Shown here in pieces: positions 23,769-36,160 of a stretch of DNA of 64,000 nt. Below the pieces are notes generated by a model. It searched no databases and was not told the origin of the DNA. It worked only from the letters and a program-made list of their open reading frames with translations. Source of the DNA: Lama guanicoe (Eukaryota); NCBI GenBank assembly GCA_013239625.1, contig MU053881.1:3989957-4053956 (forward strand), read 5' to 3'. Both the position numbers and the translations under genes were made by a program. Numbering within the stretch: position 1 is the first letter of the stretch; every line of letters begins with the position of its first letter.

Positions 23769-24949
23769 CTCTGTCCCGCCTCATGGCAGCCCCACCCAGG
23801 AGAGAGGCGCTTGTCCTCCAGTTTAGACACTAGGACAGGGAGGCTGAGAAAGGTTACCCAGTCCCCCTGATTCTGGCCATAACGGGCCTGGCATGCAGGG
23901 ACTTGGGGCGTGGCGGGGGTGTGGGGGATGGGGAGGAGGGCTGGAGGCGGTGGGAGATGAGGCTGGAAGTTGAGCCAGGGCACTGCCAGCAAGGGGGAAG
24001 CTGCCTCCTGTTGGCGCTGACACTGCTGATTAGAAGCAGCATGGAGCCACCTGGGAAATGCTTCCACACAACCTCAGATGAAGGAACAATGTGGAAGCAA
24101 AACCGATTCTGCCCGAGCTGTGCAAAAACAGAGCTGCCTGTGGACAAAGCCGACAAAATGTGCCAGGTTGCACCCTCCAGCTGCGAGATTGGTGAAAATT
24201 TTTTTTTCCATCTATTTTCCAAAATTTCCCTGACGTTCTGTTTGTTTTTCTGGTTTGGTTTGGTTTGGTTTGATGGGGAAAAGACGCAGAGGGACCCTCC
24301 CTCCCTGCTCCTAAATGCTACAAAGACTGGAAAGCCAGGAAACCCGAAGCCCCGGCACACAGCTCGCTCCACCCCCCCGCCTGCGCTGTGGCTTCTGCTG
24401 CCCAGAGCCCCTTCCCCTCCCGGAGTCCGCACTGCTGGAGCCGCAGCCCTGCTGGAGACACCGGGTTCAGCAGAACCTGCTGGGGCTGGCTTGTCAGCCA
24501 AAGGACAAAAGGAAACATCTTTATCTTGTGTGCTGACGTCAGAGCCCCCCCACCCCCACCCCCCGCTGGAGCCCGGGACCCTGTTCAGGAGGGGTGGGGG
24601 CTGGAGACGCACTGGCATGGGGACTGGGGATGGGATGGGTGACAGAGCAGAAGTCGCACCGGGCTCCACCGTGGAGGTGCTGCATTTGCACAACAAGCTG
24701 TATTTTTCCAGAGTGCCTGTTGCTTATTAATTCGTTATTCCTTGGACTTGCCAGGTGAGCTCACCTGCAAGGCGCTGGAGCATGTGACAAGGGCTCTGAG
24801 CCATCACATGGAGTGGGGAGCTGCTGACACCAAAGAGGATGGGGTCTTCAAAGCCATGCCGATTCCTTTCAGAGGGCGTGAGGATACATCCATGGCTCCA
24901 CTCCATCATCCATCTCTATATAGTGACAGCGATATGTGAAGCCCATCCC

Positions 24950-25480
24950 CCTCCAACCAATGCAGTTCTAGGCCCAGGCATCATACAGTGGACAAGATCT
25001 GTGAGGCTTCTGCCCCCAAGGAGCTCACAGGCTGATGCGAGTGACAGTCATGATTAGCCCACAAACAATATTTCATTACAAAGGTCAGGAAGTAGGAGAC
25101 ATGAGAAGAACCTCTGGGACCCTGTAAGGCCAGCTTCAAAGGGGAGTTTGGACCAAGAGCTGAGAGATAAAAAGGCATTGGGTGAAGAGTGGAGGAAGGG
25201 CAGTGGCTATGGAAGAACAGGAGCTGGGTAGAGAGAACGGTATGTGCAAAGGCCCTGAGGCAGGAACGAACATGGTGCATTCCAGAAGAGAAAAGCAATG
25301 TATCTGGAGCAGAGAAAGTGATAAAAGAGGGAGGTGGGAGATGCGGGTCCACGGAAAACAGTCAGGGAAGAAGAATCAAGCCACACAGGGCCTGAGAGGA
25401 TGGAAAATGATTTTGGTCTCTGGCCCTAAAACAACAGGAAACAATGAAGATGTTTAAACAGCTGAGTGACATGATCAGGT
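24950..25480 (-). mobile_element. L2 LINE relic
   Basis: gagctcacaggctg...gtatgtgcaaaggccctgaggcaggaa...gagtgacatgatcaggttt. Confidence 0.7.
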
Positions 25481-25901
25481 TTTAACCCAATTGGGTACAT
25501 GCAATCCTGGCTGGAACCCCTAACACACCACGTGTCTGTGGTCAAGTCATTGCATTACGCCAACTCAATCTCCTCTGTAAAGTGGGAGTCAACAGGACAT
25601 TAACCATTTAATTGGGTGACTACTTAATGTCATGTGGGTAAAATCTTCCTAGCTATAGATGAGGAAACTAAAGCTCAGAGAGGTGACGTGATTTGCCCAG
25701 GGGCACACAGCAGGAATGTGGCAGAGGCTGGTATGAACCTGCATAGTTTGTCACCATCCAAAACTCTTCAATTCCGTGGCCCTGGACTGTGGCTGAGTTA
25801 AGATGCGGGATGGAAAGTGGGCAGAATGTGGCATCTGCACCAATTCTCTCTCCTTCACTGTCAGCCTTGTCAGATACACAGAGAAAAAGACCAGGGGAGC
25901 C

Positions 25902-25946
25902 TGTGTGTGTGTGTCTGTGTGCATGCGTGTGTGTATGTGTGTGTGT
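25902..25946. repeat. Imperfect (TG)n microsatellite
   Basis: Direct reading. Confidence 0.9.
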
Positions 25947-27078
25947 AGTTATTTTTGGCACCGTGGAACTTAATTAAGAATTGAGTTCACAGCTTTCCCA
26001 ATGAGAGTGATCCAGGGGAGGGACAGGACGGAGAAGGAAAGTTGAAGTCAGAGCAGCCTTCAGGCAGTGATACCAAAATATTGGAACTCAGCCTTGGAGC
26101 CTCCCAGTGGGGCAAGGCAGGGCATGTGGGTGCTATTTTGGGCCCTGGTCATGCATCCCTAACCTGGTGGGCTCATGTTCTGCATTCACAGGCAGAATTC
26201 TTTCTGGGCCTCAGGTACAGCGGAATCTGGGAGTCCGTTGCCCTTGGTGATGCCAGAGTCTGTGCCCTTGGACAGAGGCTGTTGAGACAGGGGCCATCCA
26301 GCAAAGAGCCTTGGACATGCAGCCCTCCTCCTTCCACAGAAACTTTGTTTCTCTCCATCTGCCGCCCTCTCTCCTCCTCTGGGCCTTTCCCTGCTGCCTC
26401 TTGAGCTCTGGATGCTGTGGGTCTTTGCCCTTTGTTTAGGAATTCTGAAAGTTTCCTAGAAAATTCATCCAAGACAAGCAGCTGTACAATGAATCCAGTT
26501 TAGAGATGAGTTTTGTTTGGCTGCACTGCTTTCAAAAAATGTGAACCTATATGGTGAAAACACTGAAACTACAAGCTTTGGTGTAAAGAGACAGCATCAT
26601 GCCAGGACCTGAGTTAAGTGCTGGGGGTGCAGTGGGAAGAGGACAGAGGCCCAGGGAGATGGGTGGGGAACACATATGAAGGCCTGGCAACGACACTGGC
26701 TGGTGATCTGGGCCATGCAAGGGATCGCTGAGACAAGGGAAGTGGCGACAGTACATTGGGTGGTCAAGGAGCCTTCAAAGTGGAGGAGGAGGTAGCCAGG
26801 AGGAGGAGAAGAAGACACGAGGCAGAAGGAGGGGCTGGTCCTGAGGGAACCCTCTGGCTGTAAGTGCTATGATGTCACTGCCTGTAATTTAGATGACTTC
26901 TCTCTCCTCAGGCCCTGTTTCCTTGGCCACCCTTCTATTCAGTGCCAGCTGCCCTTCCCAGGGGATCCTCTCAGCAGAATGTAAAGCCACTCTTAGCCAG
27001 CCTTCTCTGCTCCTGAGGCCACATCTGGTCCAAGGAAGCACTCATGTCTCCTTGGCTCACCTTGAGGTAAGTCAGTTA

Positions 27079-27303
27079 CATCATCATCATCATCACTATC
27101 ACCATCATCAGCACCATCACCACCATTATTATCACCATCACCATCATCATTGTCACCATCATCATCCTCGTCGTCATCACCATTGTCATCACCATTGCGA
27201 TCATCATCACCATCATCATCATCATCACCATCACCACCATTATTATCAATCACCATCACCATTGCCATCAACATTGTCATCATCATCACCACTACCATCA
27301 TCA
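27079..27303. repeat. Imperfect (CAT/CAC)n trinucleotide tract, ~225 bp
   Basis: Direct reading; accounts for the poly-His and poly-Asp ORFs in the track. Confidence 0.95.
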
Positions 27304-27304
27304 T

Positions 27305-27488
27305 ATTCTAAAAGGACCAGAATGTAAATATCTTAGGACTGGTTTGCCATTTGGTCTCTATCTCAACTATTCAACTCTGTCGTTGAAGCCTTGCTTTGTA
27401 TTCAGACGGTATGAAATGAATGAGTTGGTCGTGCTCCCATGAAATTTTATTTACAAAAATAGGCAGGCTGTAGATTGCTGACTCCTGA
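27305..27488. mobile_element. MER58A-like hAT-Charlie DNA transposon
   Basis: cagaatgtaaatatcttagg...tggtctctatctcaactattcaactctgtcgttg...aaattttatttacaaaaataggc...tgctgactcctg. Confidence 0.8.
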
Positions 27489-29481
27489 TCTAAACAGACT
27501 TGAGAAATAATATTTCCCTGAGTGCATGAGAATCTGACAGCCAAGCTGTCCTCCATCACAGGACACAAATCCATCTGGTTAGAGAACCTCAGTCCGTGAA
27601 GATGTTCCCACACTGGCAAAAGTAGACACATTTGCAGTGATTTCCCATGTGCCCATCATCTGGTTCACCACCACTTTCCTGCCATTCTTAAGACCAACTT
27701 GTAAGAAAAAAATTGAGTGGCGGTGGAGGGGGACTAGGGAAAGAGCCAACCAGGATTCAAGATTAACAAGAAAAAAGGAGCTTCTAAGAAACATCTTCTC
27801 TCTGCTGGAGAAGCTTGTAGCTGTCTCTTTAAGTCATTTCAGAGGCTCTGAAGGTTTGAGGTCAGAGAACTCCTGGATCTTCAAACCTCGAGGCAGAGAT
27901 ATTTTCTGACGCAGCTGCCCTGGCCTCGTCTCACTTCCTAGGATAGCTGAGAAGGGCTGCCAGCTTGAGTCTTCTTTCTAAGTTAAGTGACTCTGGTGAT
28001 TCTTGCCGTCGGTGAGGCCATGGAAGGTCCAGGGGCAGCTGTGAGTCTGCACACCAGACCCACCATCTGCGTGTCCTGGGGCAGGCACTTCTCCCCTCAA
28101 GTCCATTTTCATATTGGCACAACAAGTCAATGATACCTGCTCCCAGAGGGTGGTTGCAAGGATTACAGGAAATAAGGAATGCCCTGTGATGTTTTCTTGT
28201 ATATTCCTAACTCAGTGTGGGTAGAAACAGGAAGCTGTAGCTTCTCTCCCAGCCCTGCTTTCAGCTGCGCATCACTGAAACGTGCTTTTCCGTCCTTTGT
28301 CGACAACTTGAGCAGGTGATGGATTCTCCTGTGTTCCCTTTCCCTGGATCCAACCCAGCTCATTTTATTCTGATTTCTCTCCTTTGTAAAATCACTGTAT
28401 GTCCTCCTTTATTCATTCAACAGGTGCACACTGGCCTCTGTTTCGTGCCATGTGGCATGGAAATGAAGCGGGCGAGTTCCCTGTCATCTCAGAGCTCAGG
28501 GTCCGGGAGGGTCACAGACAGGCCGATCTACCAGGGCCCTCAGATGGCAAGGTTAGACTGCCCTTGAGGGATCATAATAAAGGAAGCCTGGGCACCGTAA
28601 AACCACCCCAAGCTTATCCCATGCCTCCAGGTCTGCATAAGCAGAAGATAAGAGGGCAAAGAAGAGGCGCTCTTTGGAATTCTGAGCCATCATCTGAATG
28701 CAGAGTGCAGGGGCTTCGTCCCCCTCCTCCTCCGGGACCCAAATGCATGCCCATGTGAGCACCTTCCACACAGAGGCCATCAAAGCCCCATCAATGCTGG
28801 CCAGAGAAGCAGCGACAATCAAAAGATCGAGGAGGACAAGAGAAGACAGTGCCTTGAGATATCTGTCCTCTTCCCTCCCTCTCCTTTTTTTTCTTGTCCC
28901 CAGAAGAGGGAGCAGACAGGAAGTGTCTCAGAGACAGATGGCAAGAGCTCACTGTCCAACCAGATCAGGGCAGGGAGAAGGCATCAAAGAGCAGACTTAC
29001 ATCCTCTCCCCAGTCCCAAGTCCCCCAGGCCTCCAGCCTGGCTGGTGACAAGGAAAGCAGAGGAGAGAGGAGGAAAGAGGTGTCGGCTCTGAACAGTATA
29101 AACGACCTCTAATGACCTACAGCATCCAGAAAGCTCTGAGCATCAGCAGAGCACTTCGCAGATGATGTCTCATCCAAACCTCGCTGCAGTCATGGTGTGA
29201 GTCAGGACTAATTTGGTGGTGACTTAAGGAAAACTGACCCAAACTAGATTAAGCAGAAAAAGAATTTATTACAAACATAGTTGGAGAAGAATAATGGGTT
29301 AGCTTTTGAAGGAGGGGGTGCAGGAGCCAATGTCCTACCTCCAACTCTCCAGCTCTCTGTCTCTATCTCTCTGTCTCTCTCTGCCTCTCTATCTTTCATC
29401 TCTCCTTCTGGTTCTCACTGCCTGATTACTTTCTATTATTTATGTATTTATCCACCAGCACTAGGCAGCCATTGAGATGTC

Positions 29482-29989
29482 TGTATCAGTTTCCAATTGA
29501 TGCTGTAACAAATTGCCCCAAACTTGTTCGCTGAAAACAGTACAGATCTATTCTCTTACGGTCCTGGAGGTCAGAAGTCTAGAATGGGTCTTACTGGGCT
29601 ACAGTCAAGGTGTTGGCAGGGCTTCCTTCCTCTGGAGGCTCTAGAGGAGAATCCTTGTCCTTGCCTCTTCCAGCTTCTAGGAGCCTCCTGCTCTGTTTGG
29701 CTTGTGGTCCTTCCTCCATCATGAAAGCCAGCAATGGTCAGTTGAGTCTCACACAGCATTGCTCTGACGTTAACTCTTCTTCCTCCTTCCACTTTTAAGG
29801 GTCCGTGTGGTGACAGAGGGCTCACCTGGATGAGCCAGGACAATCTCCTATTTTTAGGTCAGCTCAGCTGGTTTGTCAACTTATTTCTAACTGCAGCCTT
29901 AATTCCACTTTGCCATGTAAGGTAACCTATTCACAGGTTCTGGAATTAGGATGTGGACATCCTTAGGGGCCATTATTCTACCTGCTACA
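29482..29989 (-). mobile_element. MLT1D-like MaLR LTR inserted into an L2
   Basis: tgtatcagtttcc...ctggaggtcagaagtc...tcacaggttctggaattaggatgtggacatc...gccattattctacctgctaca; TSD atgtc/ttgtc. Confidence 0.9.
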
Positions 29990-29994
29990 TTGTC

Positions 29995-30380
29995 TAACAG
30001 GCATCTCAAGCTTGACAAGTTCATATCTGAACTCCTTCTCTCCCCACCTACCCCCTACAAATTGGCTCCATCTGCAACCACCCCCATCTGAGCTGGTGGC
30101 AAATCCATCCTTCAGTTGTGCGAGTCACAGGGACCTGGCTTCCCTCTTTCTCACCCTCCCCATCCCTAATCTATCAGCTCCTCCTGTCGGCTCTACTCTC
30201 AGCATCGACTCACAGTCTCCTCACGCCTCACCAGCCCGGACCAGCCACCATCCTTGCTCACCTGGGTGATTGCAAAAGCCTCCCTCAGGCTTCCCATGAC
30301 TCTTCCCTTGCCCCCTGCACACTGTTCCCAACAGGGCAGATAAGGGGCCCTTTGAAAACATAGGTCAGACTGTGTCACTC
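29995..30380 (+). mobile_element. L2 LINE relic
   Basis: gtctaacaggcatctcaagcttgaca...ccatccttcagttg...gccaccatccttgctcacctggg...aaaacataggtcagactgtgtcactc. Confidence 0.8.
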
Positions 30381-30909
30381 TTGGTAGGTAGCTCCATCCG
30401 CCTTCTGCACTTCACAGAAATGGGAATCAGGACGTGGAGATCAAAGGGTTGCTTTATTACTGAAAAATCTCCACTGAGGGCATGGCTTAGGTGTAACAGA
30501 GGATCTGTTACAACACCCCTGAGTTGAATTTACTTACCCAAACTTCAGGCAGAGCTCTGCTAAGATGGCCAAGCAAGTAGACCAAAATAATCTCTTCCTG
30601 AAGGCAGGCAGATGTGAAGGAGAGAGAGGGGCTGGGTCTGAGCCAGCATCACCTCCCCAACCTCCCACCTGGAAGAGAGGGTAAAAGTGGGGAGAAGGCC
30701 AAGGGTGCCCTGCTGATGTCACTCCACAGGGAAGTGATACAGGTGGGAAACGAGTGTTCCTTTTTAATTCCTACTGACATTTCGGGATGGGGGGTTAGTT
30801 TTCACGGCCCAGAGAGGTTCATGTCTACATCCAGATCTGTCTGGGGAGGAGGATGGATATGGACTATGGGAGTATGGGTAGTAGAAGATGCTAGTAACAT
30901 AAGCCTGGG

Positions 30910-31409
30910 TGTGGGAGGCATTTCTGGCACAGCCTCCATGATCTCCACTTCCTGGTGGTCACACCTTGGTGTAATCTCATCCCATCAAAAGTGATGGAAT
31001 GTCACCTCTTACGTAAGATTACACAAGACGGGACTTTTCTCTCTCTCTTCTGCTGGCTATTTTCTCTTTGCTTATCTTGATGATACAAGTGCCATGTGTC
31101 AAGGAACTAAGGGTGACCTCCAGTCAACAGCTAGTGAAGAACTGAGGTTCTCAGTCCAATAACTCATGAGGTCCTGAATCCTGTCAATAATACAGGAGTG
31201 ACCTCAGAAGTAAAGCCTTCTCCAGTTGAGCCTGGAGATGTCTACAGCCCTGGGTGGCACCTTGATAACCCGGGTGAGAGACTCTGATACAGAGACCAAG
31301 GTAAACCATGACCAGATTCCTGAACACAAAAACTGACATAATAAATTGTGCTGTGTTAACTCATTATGTTTTGAACTGACTTGTTATGCAGCAGTAGCTA
31401 GCTAATACA
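30910..31409 (+). mobile_element. MLT1E-like MaLR LTR; its 3' ~400 bp are duplicated at 32325-32723
   Basis: tgtgggaggca...ccacttcctggtggtcacaccttggtgtaatc...cagctagtgaagaactgagg...ttgttatgcagcagtagctagctaataca. Confidence 0.85.
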
Positions 31410-33639
31410 TAATTCCTTAGCACAGTGCTTGTACCTAAATGCTTATAAAATGGACATTATTTTTTTATTTGACTCCAAAACCACTTCTCTAGTTATCTCT
31501 CAAGAGCAACTGAGAGACACCTCTAAGATTGGAAATGATTTCCAAATATCTTACTTCCTATGGTTCATTCCTGTCTCCAAATCTCAGAAAATTAAGGAAA
31601 AGAGGGTGGAGAAATGTTCTTCTTCTCTTTAGTTTGGGAGGCACTGAGAGACTGAAACTGAAGTGAATGGGGTTTTTTCTTCTACTGTGATTTTGCTGGT
31701 CCTGAATTTCCTCCTCATCCCATGAATTTAGTTGCCACCCAAATTCAACCCCAGCTGAATAGCTCTAAGGTGGTTCCAGATTAGAAACAGCACAACCCAC
31801 ATAGAAACAAGGCTCCCATTCTCACAGTTGCCATAGAAATAAGGGAAAAGGACTAACAGAAAAGCTTTCCTGGATCTCAGTAAACAGACCCAGCCATGGT
31901 GCCTGAGTTTGCTCACACATAAAACACTGTGGAGAGTTCTACAGATAAAGAGTTCCAAGAAAGCTGGCTCCACTGGCTTCCCAGCAATGTTGTACATGAA
32001 CTCATAATACAAATCATGCTCTCAAGGTACCTAATGAGGTCTTTTTTTTTTTAAGGTCTAATGGTAATTTTTCTTTGAGGACACCTAATTCCTCCCTAGG
32101 CTGTACCAGTGATTGCCTCCAGATGGGCATCCAAGCCATCGAGTGACGTTTTGTCCTGGGATCCTGCTGGACCTACTAGGAAAGAGAAAAAAAAAAGTAG
32201 TACTAATAGAATGTAAGTGTGAGATTGCTTAGGGCCACCATATCAAGTTAGCCTCCCTAAAAGAAAGAGGTGGAGGGACACAGAGAGAAACAGACTAGAA
32301 AGAGACAGGGAGAAGGAGAGGCAGATGTAAGATTACACAAGACGGGACTTTTCTCTCTCTCTTCTGCTGGCTCTTTTCTCTTTGCTTATCTTGATGATAC
32401 AAGTGTCATGTGTCAAGGAACTAAGGGTGACCTCCAGTCAACAGCTAGTGAAGAACTGAGGCTCTCAGTCCAATAACTCATGAGATCCTGAATCCTGTCA
32501 ATAATACAAGAGTGATCTCAGAAGTAAAGCCTTCTCCAGTTGAGCCTGGAGATGTCTACAGCCCTGGGTGGCACCTTGATAACCCGGGTGAGAGACTCTG
32601 ATACAGAGACCAAGGTAAACCATGACCAGATTCCTGAACACAAAAACTGACATAATAAATTGTGCTGTGTTAACTCATTATGTTTTGAACTGACTTGTTA
32701 TGCAGCAGTAGCTAGCTAATACATAATTCCTTAGCACAGTGCTTGTACCTAAATGCTTATAAAATGGACATTATTTTTTTATTTGACTCCAAAACCACTT
32801 CTCTAGTTATCTCTCAAGAGCAACTGAGAGACACCTCTAAGATTGGAAATGATTTCCAAATATCTTACTTCCTATGGTTCATTCCTGTCTCCAAATCTCA
32901 GAAAATTAAGGAAAAGAGGGTGGAGAAATGTTCTTCTTCTCTTTAGTTTGGGAGGCACTGAGAGACTGAAACTGAAGTGAATGGGGTTTTTTCTTCTACT
33001 GTGATTTTGCTGGTCCTGAATTTCCTCCTCATCCCATGAATTTAGTTGCCACCCAAATTCAACCCCAGCTGAATAGCTCTAAGGTGGTTCCAGATTAGAA
33101 ACAGCACAACCCACATAGAAACAAGGCTCCCATTCTCACAGTTGCCATAGAAATAAGGGAAAAGGACTAACAGAAAAGCTTTCCTGGATCTCAGTAAACA
33201 GACCCAGCCATGGTGCCTGAGTTTGCTCACACATAAAACACTGTGGAGAGTTCTACAGATAAAGAGTTCCAAGAAAGCTGGCTCCACTGGCTTCCCAGCA
33301 ATGTTGTACATGAACTCATAATACAAATCATGCTCTCAAGGTACCTAATGAGGTCTTTTTTTTTTTTAAGGTCTAATGGTAATTTTTCTTTGAGGACACC
33401 TAATTCCTCCCTAGGCTGTACCAGTGATTGCCTCCAGATGGGCATCCAAGCCATCGAGTGACGTTTTGTCCTGGGATCCTGCTGGACCTACTAGGAAAGA
33501 GAAAAAAAAAAGTAGTACTAATAGAATGTAAGTGTGAGATTGCTTAGGGCCACCATAACAAGTTAGCCTCCCTAAAAGAAAGGGGTGGAGGGACACAGAG
33601 AGAAACAGACTAGAAAGAGACAGGGAGAAGGAGAGGCAG
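31011..33639 (+). repeat. Head-to-tail tandem duplication, 2 copies (31011-32324; 32325-33639)
   Basis: Offset 1314 bp; ORFs 31429/32743 and 31728/33042 translate identically; manual comparison gives about 9 substitutions plus a 1-bp poly-T difference. Confidence 0.98.
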
Positions 33640-33790
33640 GCAGAGTTCCCATAATACCACCCAAACATTCAGATGCATGCGTTTCTGGCCAGATTTCAAC
33701 CTTAGACTTGTTGGTCACTGAAGACAACCAATTCCGTTTTTACTGAGGTGGATCTGGGTCGGTTTCTATTCTTTGCAAAGGAAAGAGACC

Positions 33791-34228
33791 TGCTGGATAT
33801 TGAATTGTGTCCCCCACCCCCACCAAAGACATGTTGAAATCCTAACCCCTAGTATCTTAGACCATGATCTTAGTTGGAAATGGGGTCATTGCAGAGACCA
33901 TTGGTCAGGATGAAGTCGTAGTGGAGTAGGTTGGGCCCCTAATCCCAGACAGCTGGTGCCCTTCTGAGATGATGTTAAGACGCAGGAGAGGGCATAGAGA
34001 TTCTAGTGATGCAGCTGGATGTCAGGGCATGCCGAAGATAGCCAGCCTCCGTGGGAAGCCAGGAAGAGGCAAGGAAGGATTCCACCCAGAGTCTCACGCA
34101 GAGCATGGCCCTGTTGACACCTTCATTTCAGAATTCCAGCTTCCAGAACTGAGAAGGAATGAATTCCTGTTATTTTAGGTCACCCCGTATGTGGCGCTCT
34201 GTTAATACAGCAGCCCTGGAGAACAAAT
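33791..34228 (+). mobile_element. MLT1B/C-like MaLR LTR
   Basis: ttgaattgtgtccccc...atgttgaaatcctaacccctagta...gagcatggccctgttgacaccttcatttcagaattccagcttccagaactgaga. Confidence 0.85.
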
Positions 34229-34863
34229 CCAACACCTGGCTGGTAGAAAGGTCGTGAAAGGAAGCCAGTATTGGGCACCCAAGACTGAAATGCCATTCCT
34301 CGCCCTCGGTCTCTGTAGCTGCGTGGCTCTGGGTCAGTTTCTTCACCTTGGTCACCTTGACTGTGAAAGAGGCACACAGGGCTTCTGCAGTGCTGTGGGC
34401 ATGTTTGAGAAGGGACCTGGCTGTGCCTACACCTCCACGACCATTAGGAGCTGGAAGAAAATGGTACCATGAGGCTACATCCCAGAGGCTCCCAGTCTTA
34501 ACATGAAGACTCATTTTGGGCTGTTGTCTTTTTTTCTTATTATCTTGATATAAACTGAGGTTTCTTTAGACCTGTTCTTCTTGACTGCATTTCCGTTCCA
34601 GAGGGTCTCCTCGCTGGGACTTTGATATCATGTCCACATTTAGTGTCCCAGCAAAGGCGGCTTCCTTCATTCCCCGCACCTCAGCCTTGTGCACTGCGTA
34701 GATGACTGACAAGTGACAACAGTTGTCAGACGGACAGACTTCCCGGGAGGGGGTCCTCTTCCCAGCTGGAGACCTCCATTTATCCGGGAAGTTACTCATC
34801 AAGGGCACGGAAAGGAGGATGGGGCACAACTTTTGGCACTTCCTCCATCTGGGATTTTTTTTT

Positions 34864-34872
34864 CTTTTTCTT

Positions 34873-34920
<48 letters not shown>

Positions 34921-34936
34921 AAATTGACTTTTTCTT

Positions 34937-34967
<31 letters not shown>

Positions 34968-34977
34968 ATAAAATTGA
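34864..34977. repeat. Two tandem copies of a T-rich/(TG)n/(TA)n/aaattga unit at an L1 tail
   Basis: ctttttcttcttt(tg)n(ta)naaattga occurs at 34864-34927 and 34928-34977. Confidence 0.9.
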
Positions 34978-35180
34978 AGAATATAGTCAGTTTACAATGT
35001 TGTGTCAATTTCTGGTGTACAGCACAATGCTTCAGTCACACACGAACATACATATATTCGTTTTCATATTCTTTTTCAGTTACTACAAGATATTGCATGT
35101 AGTCCCCTGTGCTCTACAAGATAATTGTGTTGTTTATCTACTTTATGTATATATTAGTTAGTGTCTGCAAATCCTGTGCA
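34972..35180 (-). mobile_element. Short LINE-1 3' end (camelid type)
   Basis: tatagtcagtttacaatgttgtgtcaatttctggtgtacagcac...tacaagatattgcatgtagtcccctgtgct; antisense counterpart of the element at 1480-1845. Confidence 0.9.
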
Positions 35181-35779
35181 TTCCCATGACTGTCCCTCTG
35201 GTCCTCTTTCCTTCCAAGCCCCTCCTATTTGCTCTCCCATCACATTTCAAACCTGCTGTTAGTAATTCCACACTGACGGGGGCGGGGGTCTCTCTCCTGG
35301 CTGAACCTTGTCAGTGTGTTCTGGGTTCTGTCACTGCAAGGTCCCTTCTTCACACTCTGTCCTTCTACGTAGCCCCCGTGTTTCTCCCTGCATGGGTCTG
35401 GGTTTGGCTCCAGCTTTGACGAAGTAAAGGGTCTATTTCTTGACTCACGTGCAAGATGGAATGTGAGGTCTTCTTTCTAGCTGTCATTACAGACTGGGAT
35501 GTTTTGTTTTGGTCTGTGGCTTAGAAGATGTGGGGAGGTTAAAATCTAGGGCAGTCATCATCATTCCTCAGGAACCTGGATACCCAAAAAGCTGAGAAAT
35601 GTGATCAGTCTACCGATGAGTCCCACGCTCTGCCGCCGTCATGAACATTCCGGCCACCACTGCTACTGAGCTTTGGAAACCCAAGCTTCCTGCCTCCCGA
35701 GTCCACCCAGCAATTACTCTCAGGTGGGCAGCCTCAGGAAGAGTTATTTACCGAGCATCCTGTCTTTCCCAGAAACTGT

Positions 35780-36160
35780 GTTAAATACTTTCACGCCTCC
35801 ATGCCTTTGCTTATGCTGTTACTTCTGCCTCAAATACCCTTTGCCTAGTTCTCCATCTGGAAAAATTCTCTGCATCTTTCAAATTCAGCTCAAATGTCAG
35901 CCTTCTTTATGAAGCCCCATCCCCACCGATTTGTTCTGTTGTGATAATGCATCTGTCCTTCTGCTGTGTTGCAGCATCACTTGGCTGAATGCCCCCATAT
36001 TGTAGTGATTATTCCATGGAACCCAACATACATTCTCGCTCTTATTAGACCCTCCAGGTCTTCAAGGTCAGGGGAGGTACCTGATTCATCTTTGTGTCCC
36101 AAACACCCACCACCGTGCTTGGTACAGAGTAGTTGATCCCAAATCTTTGTAGAATGCATG
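35780..36160 (+). mobile_element. L2 LINE 3' relic
   Basis: ccatgcctttgcttatgctgttacttctgcc...cagctcaaatgtca...ttcatctttgtgtccc...aaatctttgtagaatgcatga. Confidence 0.8.

Noticed and set aside
23854..24730. 275- and 280-aa antiparallel ORFs
   Set aside because: They cross G-runs and a (TTTGG)n repeat, and I recognise no homology.
26893..27327. Poly-histidine ORF (histidine-rich protein look-alike) and antisense poly-Asp ORF
   Set aside because: Direct translation of the (CAT/CAC)n microsatellite, ending in a MER58 element.
31429..33326. Two pairs of identical ORFs suggesting a duplicated gene cassette
   Set aside because: Short chance ORFs copied by the tandem duplication; no coding features.
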